From contig OZ218960.1 in NCBI GenBank assembly GCA_965112735.1, positions 682,001 to 746,000 of the forward strand: a DNA stretch of 64,000 nt, in the 5' to 3' direction. The translations under genes and the position numbers were made by a program. The notes beneath the pieces were generated by a model, which was not told the origin of the DNA, ran no database searches, and saw only the letters and a list, made by a program, of their open reading frames with translations. The stretch is from Phaeosaccion multiseriatum. Taxonomy: Eukaryota; Protista; Ochrophyta, other classes. This document shows, piece by piece, positions 13,579-23,562 of this stretch (positions are counted from its first letter, which is position 1; each line of letters opens with the position of its first letter).

Positions 13579-14620
13579 GTGGAACAGGCAGGAAAATACA
13601 TGCGATCTGCCCTTTCGGTATGTCATGTGCTTGACAGGGCATGTCAGCTACGTTCTCCACTCCCACAGCCCGCTTGACCGTGGCGAGGGGGGCGGGGCTT
13701 CACCCTCATGCATTTCAGTAGGAGTGGGCAGGAGGGGCATCGAACATCACCCCTGTCAGGAGGGGCATCGGACACCACCGCTGTCGCTCACTAAAGCTGC
13801 GGTGGGACTGTGGGTGGAAGTCCTGACGGTGTGGTGCTCTGCGACTCATTGAGAGCGCCTCATCGAGGGCGGCACACACATGCAGCAAGCGGAACATGGC
13901 TGTGAGAATGAAAGTGGGCCGGACGCACACACACACAAACACACACACAAACTGTTGCTTGGCGACCGAATCCTCCCTTCCCTTGCCTTCCCTTCCCTTC
14001 ATTGATGCATGCATGTACTTCGGAAGTACGTCGCATGTAGACCCCTCTTCAAGTTTGCCAAAGAATCATGGCAGGACAACGAACCAACGCGGCGTACATG
14101 ACATGGATCCAATGAAGCAACTACATCTGATTAAACTCTCGTTCATCATGGCGTCTCAAGTGAGCTTTCTCTCTCACTGCCACTCTCTTTCTCTCTCCTG
14201 TCTCTCTATTTACAGAACCCCGCCCCTCAATAAGACACGATAGCTCAAAAGGCTTCTCAGGCGTGTGCAGAGGGAGAGCCCGATGGTCCTGCTCCTCTTG
14301 CCCGGGTGGTCTTGACCACCGCCAGCACCAGCAGGTATGCAAACTGGCCGGCCCCTGTTTGTACCCCGCCCCCCATCCCTCCCCGCTGCCCGGAGTCTGA
14401 CTGCCTTCGACTCCTTGTGCTTGCACCCACCGAGCGAGGGCAGCTCGCCTCGGGGAGCATGCATAATGATGGCTCAACGGATGATTCCTCCTTCTCTTCC
14501 AACGGAGCCCCACCGGCCTGGATCTATCCTCGCTCTTCCCTTCGGACCAGCAGGTACGTGTGCCACAGCAGCACACAGAAGCCAACAGTGAAGACGAAGA
14601 GGTCGCCCGTAGCTGCATGC

Positions 14621-15718
14621 CTATCTGGATGGCCAATGTACTGGGAAAACCTTAGTGCTACCCTTTCCCCCTCCACTACGTGCAGCTGTCTTACTTCTTC
14701 CTGTAGTGCTCATAAAACCAGTACCGGTACGGGGGGCGGCGGCCGAGTCGCTTCGAGTGAATGCCCGTCTGTAAATGAAGTAGAACACTATGAATTCCCA
14801 GCCCACACCGGACGCTCTGAATGGTACCATTACAGCAGAGGGTCGCTGACGCATCCACGTACTCATCGGATCAACGAGGGTGATGAAAATCATAGAGGAA
14901 GTGCCAACAAAGACGTTGGATGTAGCACCCAGCACGAGCTGGCACTGCGTCTTGACCTTGCGCAAATCTGGCCCTAGCTCGGGCATCGTCTTAAGCATGC
15001 CGAGCAGGCAGGTGGTGGCAACTAAAGTAGCCCCACCGATTGCGCTCATATAGGGCACCACAAAGGCGAGCTCAGTCCAGAACGTGTAGTAGCCTGGGAG
15101 AACAATCAGTACCACGCAGGATGATGTCCCTGCGAAGGCCATAGCAGCCAAGACTGCCCAGAACCGGCTCTCCACCCAGTTCTGAAGCCGAAGAACGGTT
15201 GGTGCGCGAGACAGAAGGCTCCGCGGTAAGGCAGCAAGCCACAAACGAAGAACCAGCCATGCATTTTCCATACCACACCACATAGAGGCACAAAGAAAGC
15301 ACCAGGCCATGGCGTCGTCCAGCACCCCTGACCCACTGTAAAACCTTCCGGTACTGATGAGTATAGCTGCCATGGAGTAGAGGATGCAAAGTATTGCTCC
15401 TATCAACCTGGTTTGCGCTGCACTAGTCTTCGTCTCCTGCAGCAGTGCCTTCACGCCTCCCCTACGCCGTACATGCCTGCCGAGGATGTACACCACATCG
15501 ACCAAGTGGACAGCATGGATGAGCAGATGTACCATCTCGGGAGTATCTAGGTACGCCTTGGCAACACAAGCACTGTCTCCCACAATGTTCTTGTCGTAAT
15601 ACCCATCCCCACAGTCGGAGCAAATCCCTGTAGCTTCGTCGCACACGCCTTCGCTCTGGCTCGTACGGCCGAATGTCGCGGCCGCCTCGTCGCGGCACGC
15701 CAGCACACACGCCGACAT
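14621..15718 (-). CDS. 7TM GPCR-like protein, copy 2 (365 aa)
   Basis: Intact ORF, near-identical to copy 1. Confidence 0.75.
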   Translation of the reverse strand: MSACVLACRDEAAATFGRTSQSEGVCDEATGICSDCGDGYYDKNIVGDSACVAKAYLDTPEMVHLLIHAVHLVDVVYILGRHVRRRGGVKALLQETKTSAAQTRLIGAILCILYSMAAILISTGRFYSGSGVLDDAMAWCFLCASMWCGMENAWLVLRLWLAALPRSLLSRAPTVLRLQNWVESRFWAVLAAMAFAGTSSCVVLIVLPGYYTFWTELAFVVPYMSAIGGATLVATTCLLGMLKTMPELGPDLRKVKTQCQLVLGATSNVFVGTSSMIFITLVDPMSTWMRQRPSAVMVPFRASGVGWEFIVFYFIYRRAFTRSDSAAAPRTGTGFMSTTGRSKTAARSGGGKGSTKVFPVHWPSR

Positions 15719-15954
15719 GTGTCTATGTTCGAGGGAATCTCCTCCTGAGGAGAATATAGATTAGAAAAAGAATAAATACACACAGTGGGGTGGAAAGATG
15801 GCGAGTTGGTGATACAACTTCCGAAACCGTTGGCCTACGCCATCTGTGGGACGGAGGCAATTTATACTTACAGGCCTTCCGCACAAATATAACTAAAGCG
15901 CGGTCTCTTGGAGTACCCCTTATGAGCAGCCCAACAATTCTCTTCGTACGCTTA

Positions 15955-16440
15955 ATCACTCGCTCACCCCACTCCAGCTACTCACTCGCTCACTCACTCA
16001 TGCACCCACCCACCCACCCACCCACCCACCCACCCCCCCCTCACTCACTCACTCACTCACTCGCACGCACACATTCACACACACAAACACACACAGACAG
16101 ACACACACATACACTCACTCATTCACTCACTCACTATACCCTACACACTCACTCACGCACTCACTCATTCACTCACTCATTCACTCACTCATTCACTCAC
16201 TCATGCACTCACTCACTCACTCAGTCCCTCACTCATGCACTCACTCACTCACTCATTCACTCATGAAATCACTCAATCTCACTCAATCACTCACTCACTC
16301 ACTCACTCACTCACTGGCGCACTCACTAACTCATTCACCCCCCCTCGCACACCGCCTCACTGCCTCACAGACGCACAAGCAGCATGCTCTCTCATTCACG
16401 AACTCACTCACTCGCTCGCTAAATCACTCACCGCTCCATC
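15955..16440. repeat. (CACT)n/(CACC)n compound microsatellite, duplicated at ~23735-24240
   Basis: Visible low-complexity tract. Confidence 0.9.
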
Positions 16441-17982
16441 ACACACACCAACGCAAACACACACATGGTACGATCTGTCAAGTACGCTGGGTGGTTTCGC
16501 CAAAGTGCCTGTCAGATTCTGTAACGTTTGAATGAGGGTGGTTCCTTTGCACGTACAATACAATAATTCCCTAACCAGCCTACGTCTTCCTCTGAGTCAA
16601 AGACATCATGGCCCCCACCATGCTGTGCCTCTGCGGTTCTGTCTCTACTGGTGCCAAGCTGTGTCGATGCGCAGATGAGAGGCACGAAAACCAGGAGCGG
16701 TGGCTGGCTCGCTCGTCTGGCGGCAGCAGTGGCTCGAGTAAGAAGAAGAGCAGCTCCAGTAGGTCGGGTAAGAAGACTGTCTGTCTCTGCGAGTGTCAGC
16801 GGGAGCTCTGGTAGCAATTCGAGTGGGCGTAGTGGAAGGTCGGGCGGTGGTGATTCTTCCTCTTCGGGTCTTGACTGCGGAATGGATGGAACAGAAGGAG
16901 GTGAGAAGGCTCTGAGCTAGACAGATGTATTAGGACGTGCTTGCCGCTACAGAACACTCAGGTGTCGCCCCTTCCTCTCCGGCAGCAAGCGCCATGACTG
17001 ATGGCTCCAGCACATGGTGTCGGACTCGACAAACCCGTTTCCTCCACCCGCTCTTCTCTTGCTACCCTTTTTTTCCCTGTTTGGGTGTGACTAGGTTTCT
17101 GGTTGGGTATGACTAGGCTTTGGGTATTTTCTCCTCGCTCGTGCGACCCTCGACGCTCATCATCTGAATCGCCTGTGTCCTGCCATCTGTGACCGTATGT
17201 GACACTCAGGGACAGCAGATTGAGAGCGCCTCATCGAGGGCGGCACACACATGCAGCAAGCGGCGGAACATGTGAGAATGAAAGTGGGCCGGACCCGCGC
17301 GCGCACACACACACAGACGAACTGTTGCTTGGCGACCGAATCCTCCCTTCCCTTGCCTTCCCTTCCCTTCATTGATGCATGCATGTACTTCGGAAGTACG
17401 TCGCAAGTGGACCCCTGTCAAGTTTGCCAAAGAATCATGGCAGGACAACGAATCAACGCGGCGTACATGACATGGATCCAATGAAGCAACTACGTCTGAT
17501 TAAACTCTCGTTCATCGTGGCGTCTCAAGTGAGCTTTCTCTCTCACTGCCACTCTCTCTCTCTCCTGTCTCTCTATTTACAGAACCCCGCCCCTCAATAA
17601 GACACGATAGCTCAAAAGGCTTCTCAGGCGTGTGCAGAGGGAGAGCGTGATCCTGCTCCTCTTGCCCGGGTGGTCTTGACCACCGCCAGCACCAGCAGGT
17701 ATACATACTGGCCGGCCCCTGTTTGTACCCCGCCCCCCATCCCTCCCCGCTGCCCGGAGTCTGACTGCCTTCGACTCCTTGTGCTTGCACCCACCGAGCT
17801 GCCGACTCGCCTCGGGGAGCATGCATAATGATGGCTCAACGGATGATTCCTCCTTCTCTTCCAACGGAGCCCCAGCGGCCTGGATCTATCCTCGCTGTTC
17901 CCTTCGGACCAGCAGGTACGTGTGCCACAGCAGCATACAGAAGCCAACAGTGAAGACGAAGAGGTCGCCCGTAGCTGCATGC

Positions 17983-19074
17983 CTATCTGGATGGCCAATG
18001 TACTGGGAAAACCTTAGTGCTGCCCTTTCCCCCTCCACTACGTGCAGCTAGCAGGTGTACTGTGCTCATATGTCTAATACCGGAACCGGGGGCGGTGGAG
18101 TCTATTCGAGTGAATGCCCGTTTGTAAACGAAGTAGAACACTGTGAGTTCCCAGCCCAGACCGAACGCTCTGAACGGTACCATTACAGCAGAGGGTCGCT
18201 GACGCATCCACGTACTCATCGGATCAACGAGGGTGAGGAAAGTCATAGAGAAAGTGCCAACACAGATACTAGATGTAGCACCTAGCACGAGCTGGCACTG
18301 CGTCTTGACTTTGCGCAAATCTGGCCCTAGCTCGGGCATCGTCTTAAGCATGCCAAGTAGGCAGGTGGTGGCAACTACAATAGCCCCACCGATTGCGCTC
18401 ATGAAGGGCAGCACAAGGGCGAACTCAGTCCAGAACGTGTAGTAGCCTGGGAGAACAATCAGTACCACGCAGGATGATGTCCCTGCGAAGGCCAAAGCAG
18501 CCAAGACTGCCCAGAACCGGCTCTCCACCCAGTTCCGGAGCCGAAGAACGGTTGGTGCGCGAGACAGAAGGCCCCGCGGTAAGGCAGCAAGCCACAGACG
18601 AAGAACCAGCCATGCATTTCCCGTGCCAAACCACATAGCGGCACAAACAAAGCACCACCAGGCAATGGCGTCGTCCAGTACCCCTGACCCACTGTAGAAC
18701 CTTCCGGTACAGATGAGTATAGCTGTCGTGGTGTAGAGGATGCAAAGCATTGCTCCTATCAACCTGGTTTGCGGTACACCTATCTTCATCTCTTGCGGCA
18801 GTGCCTTCACGCCTCCCCTACGCCGTACATACCTGCCGAGGGTGTACACCACATCGACCAAGTGGACAGCATAGATGAGCAGAAGTACCATCTCGGGAGC
18901 ATCTAGGTACGCCTTGGCAACACAGGCACTCTCTCCCACAATGTTCTTGTCGTAATATCCATCCCCACAGTCGGAGCAAATCCCTGTAGCTTCGTCGCAC
19001 ACGCCTTCGCTCTGGCTCGTACGGCCGAAGGTCGCGGCCGCCTCGTCGCGGCACGCCAGCACGCACGCCGACAT
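17983..19074 (-). CDS. 7TM GPCR-like protein, copy 3 (363 aa, most divergent)
   Basis: Intact ORF with in-frame indels relative to the other copies. Confidence 0.75.
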   Translation of the reverse strand: MSACVLACRDEAAATFGRTSQSEGVCDEATGICSDCGDGYYDKNIVGESACVAKAYLDAPEMVLLLIYAVHLVDVVYTLGRYVRRRGGVKALPQEMKIGVPQTRLIGAMLCILYTTTAILICTGRFYSGSGVLDDAIAWWCFVCAAMWFGTGNAWLVLRLWLAALPRGLLSRAPTVLRLRNWVESRFWAVLAALAFAGTSSCVVLIVLPGYYTFWTEFALVLPFMSAIGGAIVVATTCLLGMLKTMPELGPDLRKVKTQCQLVLGATSSICVGTFSMTFLTLVDPMSTWMRQRPSAVMVPFRAFGLGWELTVFYFVYKRAFTRIDSTAPGSGIRHMSTVHLLAARSGGGKGSTKVFPVHWPSR

Positions 19075-19113
19075 GTGTCTATGTTGGAGGGAATCCTGGA
19101 GGAGAAAGGCGGT

Positions 19114-21354
19114 CTAAATATATTACACCCTTAAGTGCCATCTATGGTTGTCTAAAAGTAATGTCTCACCGCCCCGGGGAACTTAGCCCTCGAGGTCGTG
19201 TCCCTCTGACTCATCAGTTCTTCCCATTGGAACAAAGTTGATACCAGCCAGGATCCTGTGGCGAACCGATCGTTCGTGTCGGGCCCGCTGGAGCGCTACG
19301 GCTAATCGTCGCCGAATGACGCAAACAGCTCTCGCAGAAGCCCTCAGGTCCAGATGTTCGTGCCCCCCAGCCATGTGGGTGGCGAGTGTTTTCAGAAACA
19401 TCTGAGCAGAAGGACCAAATGCGCCTTGCTGTTCTATTGCAAAAGGGACAAGGTGGTACCGCGTGGGGTCATAGTGGATGTCCCCACCCTGGCCTTCCAT
19501 GCCTACCTGTGGCACCCCATACCTGGTCCGCTTGGTCGCTTCAGCCTTCTTGGCTGCCGCGAGTGCCTCCTTCGATGCCTTGGCCCGGTTGGTGGTGTTG
19601 GTGGCATCTGTGAGCGTGACGTCGATCATGAGGGACTTGTGGCCGTCGCCATATTCATGATCGGACGGAAGCTCAAACATCCTGGGGGGAGTCACGATGT
19701 CCATCTCCATCTGCTTGGCCACGTGGGCGTCACTCCTCACGGCGTTGCTCCCCCCTCTCCCTCGTCGCGGGGTGACCGTTCTTGCCCTCATGAAGAAGGG
19801 GAAGCCGGTGTTCTGGACGATCCCTCTGCCCAGGCCCTGGCTCTTCAGCAGGGTGACAAGTGCCTTCTGCACAGCGTCGTGTTGGGGTGTGCTGAGCCCC
19901 GTCTTGGTGCAGGTGACGATGTGCCCCTCCGTCAGCGCCTTGCCAGAGCACTTATGACAGTCCTTGCTGTAGGTGGGGTCAAAGCCAAGTCTTCGCCGAA
20001 TGGCACTCTTGTGCTCGGCGTCGGTAAGGTGGAGTGCTCCCCCTGTTGTCGTGGTCGGCTGAAGGTGGAGCCACGCACCAGCACCCTTCACGCTGTGGCT
20101 GAGGGCTCTGGCCAGGTACTTCTCCCGTTGGTCTTGCTGTGGGATGGCTTTCAATAGTTCCAAGAAGTCTGCCCTCGCCTTCGACGTGAGGAGCTTGGTG
20201 TAACGCTTCTGGGCGCCTCGCCTCTCTCCGTGTCGGCTGTGTGGAATGGAGGGTCCTCCCTCGTCCAACATCTTGGTTTCCTCTGTGCGCCAGCGTGGCC
20301 GGCCGCCCTCATCATCGTCATCACCACCGCCTGGTTCCACGTCCTGCTCATCCTCCGGGGCTGCATCACTTCCGCCATCTGGGTCTTCGTCACTTTCACC
20401 CTGTGGGTCTTCATCACTCCCCCCCCCTGGGTCTGCCTCGCTGTCAGAGGTTGGTCCATCTGCGGTCCCCTGCTGCCCTGCAGCCGCGTCGCCCCCTTCC
20501 GCACCCACCCCAGGGTGTATCACTACGGCCCCAACATTGTCCTCTTCGCTTAAGTCTGCTCCTTTACCCCCAGATTGTGTCTCATCCCCCCCGGGGGCAT
20601 CACTCGCAGCCGGCTGGTCCCCTCTGCCACCGACAGGTGTGTGCCCTTCATGCTCTGGGGTGTCGTCTCTCTCCGGGAAGAGCGTGGTGATCAGCCCTGG
20701 CTCTCTCCATCTGTTGTCACTGAGGTGGGAGATGATTGGCGCCGCGCTGTACAGGGATGCTGTGATTGCCCATGGGGGGAGGTCACAGTATGTGGGCCCG
20801 AGCGCCCCTGGCAGCAAGCCCCCCCCCTTGGGGAGGAGAAGGGCCTCCGGTCTGCTGATGTGGCCGTGGGCGAGCAACACAGCCCATCCTCGCGGGAGGG
20901 ACTTGAGGAAGCGCTCCTGTTGACTGAGAGCACCTTGGGCTGCGTCTGCCTTGGGCGCGCTGGGGAGTTGGTCAAAGACACGTGCTGCCGTGTGGATGAC
21001 ACGGATATGGTATCCGTTGGGTCCCTGCCCACACTGGGACAGGGCCTGTCTGCTCCGCGGTCCCACCTCCCTGAGGGCGAAGGGGAGGGCTTGCATCGCC
21101 CCTGCCAGGAAGGCTGCGTCACAGAGCTCAGCTTGGGGGACGAGTCCCAAGCCCCCATCGCCCACCTTCAGTCTCGCCTGTCTCGCTCGCAGCTCATCAC
21201 CCATGAGGGGGAGCATCCGGAAGGTGTCACTGCCCCTCTGCAGTGCCCTCTCCTCTTGCGCAGCCTTGTGGGCCTGTAGGATGGCCGTAACCGAGGTGCG
21301 CCCTGGATCCAGGGAATTGGTTGCTGTGTAGCCCACAAGGGTATCGAAGAGGGT
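19114..21354 (-). mobile_element. 5'-truncated non-LTR retrotransposon with restriction-like endonuclease (CRE-clade-like); 10-bp TSD GAAAGGCGGT at 19104-19113 and 21355-21364
   Basis: ORF 19183-21336 is open up to the 5' junction. It has the RT-thumb motif RLKVGDGGLGL, CCHC finger CHKC-x8-H-x3-C followed by QHD, and RLE motifs MDIV / IDVT / AEATKRTRY / VPFAIEQQG. There is no YxDD core. An empty site is visible in copy 1 (GGAGAAATGCGGTAGGAAAG). Confidence 0.9.
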
Positions 21355-22464
21355 GAAAGGCGGTAGGAAAGATGGCGAGTTGGTGATACAACTTCCGAAA
21401 CCGTTGGCCTACGCCATCTGTGGAACAGGCAGGAAAATACATGCGATCTGCCCTTTCGGTATGTCATGTGCTTGACAGGGCATGTCAGCTACGTTCTCCA
21501 CTCCCACAGCCCGCTTGACCGTGGCGAGGGGGGCGGTGCTTCACCCTCATGCATGTTCAGTAGGAGTGGGCAGGAGGGGCATCGAACATCACCCCTGTCA
21601 GGAGGGGCATCGGATATCGGATACCACCTCTGTCGCTCACTAAAGCTGCGGTGGGACTGTGGGTGGAAGTCCTGACGGTGTGGTGCTCTGCGACTCATTG
21701 AGAGCGCCTCATCGAGGGCGGCACACACATGCAGCCAGCGGCGGAACATGTGAGAATGAAAGTGGGCCGGACGCGCGCGCACACACACACACACAAACTG
21801 TTGCTTGGCGACCGAATCCTCCCTTCCCTTGCCTTCCCTTCCCTTCATTGATGCATGCATGTACTTCGGAAGTACGTCGCATGTAGACCCCTCTTCAAGT
21901 TTGCCAAAGAATCATGGCAGGACAACGAACCAACTCGGCGTAGATATAATGGATCCAATGAAGCAACTACATCTGATTAAACTCTCGTTCATCGTGGCGT
22001 CTCAAGTGAGCTTTCTCTCTCACTGCCACTCTCTTTCTCTCTCCTGTCTCTCTATTTACAGAACCCCGCCCCTCAATAAGACACGATAGCTCAAAAGGCT
22101 TCTCAGGCGTGTGCAGAGGGAGAGCCCGATGGTCCTGCTCCTCTTGCCCGGGTGGTCTTGACCACCGCCAGCACCAGCAGGTATGCAAACTGGCCGGCCC
22201 CTGTTTGTACCCCGCCCCCCATCCCTCCCCGCTGCCCGGAGTCTGACTGCCTTCGACTCCTTGTGCTTGCACCCACCGAGCTGCCGACTCGCCTCGGGGA
22301 GCATGCATAATGATGGCTCAACGGATGATTCCTCCTTCTCTTCCAACGGAGCCCCACCGGCCTGGATCTATCCTCGCTCTTCCCTTCGGACCAGCAGGTA
22401 CGTGTGCCACAGCAGCATACAGAAGCCAACAGTGAAGACGAAGAGGTTGCCCGTAGCTGCACGC

Positions 22465-23562
22465 CTATGTGGATGGCCAATGTACTGGGAAAACCTTAGT
22501 GCTGCCCTTTCCCCCTCCACTACGTGCAGGTGTCTTACTTCTTCCTGTAGTGCTCATAAAACCAGTACCGGTACGGGGGGCGGCGGCCGAGTCGCTTCGA
22601 GTGAATGCCCGTCTGTAAATGAAGTAGAACACTATGAATTCCCAGCCCACACCGAACGCTCTGAACGGTACCATTACAGCAGAGGGTCGCTGACGCATCC
22701 ACGTACTCATCGGATCAACGAGGGTAATGAAAGTCATCGAGGGAGTTCCAAAACAGACATTGCATGTAGCACCCAGCACGAGATGGCACTGCGTCTTGAC
22801 CTTGCGCAAATCTGGCCCTAGCTCGGGCATCGTCTTAAGCATGCCGAGCAGGCAGGTGGTGGCAACTATAGTAGCCCCACCGAGTGCGCTCATAAAGGGC
22901 AGTATAAGGGCGAGCTCAGTCCAGAACGTGTAGTAGCCTGGGAGAACAATCAGTACCACGCAGGATGATGTCCCTGCGAAGGCCAAAGCAGCCAAGACTG
23001 CCCAGAACCGGCTCTCCACCCAGTTCTGAAGCCGAAGAACGGTTGGTGCGCGAGACAGAAGGCTCCGCGGTAAGGCAGCAAGCCACAAACGAAGAACCAG
23101 CCATGCATTTCCCGTGGCAAACCACATAGCGGCACAAAGAAAGCACCAGGCCATGGCGTCGTCCAGCACCCCTGACCCACTGTAAAACCTTCCGGTACTG
23201 ATGAGTATAGCTGTCGTGGTGTAGAGGATGCAAAGTATTGCTCCTATCAACCTGGTTTGCGCTGCACTAGTCTTCGTCTCCTGCAGCAGTGCCTTCACGC
23301 CTCCCCTACGCCGTACATGCCTGCCGAGGATGTACACCACATCGACCAAGTGGACAGCATGGATGAGCAGATGTACCATCTCGGGAGTATCTAGGTACGC
23401 CTTGGCAACACAAGCACTGTCTCCCACAATGTTCTTGTCGTAATATCCATCCCCACAGTCGGAGCAAATCCCTGTAGCTTCGTCGCACACGCCTTCGCTC
23501 TGGCTCGTACGGCCGAAAGTCGCGGCCGCCTCGTCGCGGCACGCCAGCACACACGCCGACAT
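22465..23562 (-). CDS. 7TM GPCR-like protein, copy 4 (365 aa from MSACV)
   Basis: Intact ORF, a mosaic of copy 2-like and copy 3-like segments. Confidence 0.75.
   Translation of the reverse strand: MSACVLACRDEAAATFGRTSQSEGVCDEATGICSDCGDGYYDKNIVGDSACVAKAYLDTPEMVHLLIHAVHLVDVVYILGRHVRRRGGVKALLQETKTSAAQTRLIGAILCILYTTTAILISTGRFYSGSGVLDDAMAWCFLCAAMWFATGNAWLVLRLWLAALPRSLLSRAPTVLRLQNWVESRFWAVLAALAFAGTSSCVVLIVLPGYYTFWTELALILPFMSALGGATIVATTCLLGMLKTMPELGPDLRKVKTQCHLVLGATCNVCFGTPSMTFITLVDPMSTWMRQRPSAVMVPFRAFGVGWEFIVFYFIYRRAFTRSDSAAAPRTGTGFMSTTGRSKTPARSGGGKGSTKVFPVHWPST

Noticed and set aside
13529-13600. Hammerhead/HDV ribozyme, tRNA, 5S or SL RNA identity for the hairpin
   Set aside because: GAAAC is present but there is no CUGANGA core, HDV pseudoknot, cloverleaf or Sm site.
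15865-15875. U1 snRNA start (ATACTTAC)
   Set aside because: The following sequence does not match U1; more simply the reverse complement of a donor-like GTAAGTAT.
16512-16920. Short ORFs in the duplicated upstream block (also 24377-24717)
   Set aside because: The two copies differ by frameshifting indels and have no recognisable domain; probably non-coding.
12387-23562. Diversity-generating retroelement
   Set aside because: Substitutions are not adenine-specific, there is no template repeat, and the nearby element is a truncated RLE LINE without an RT core.
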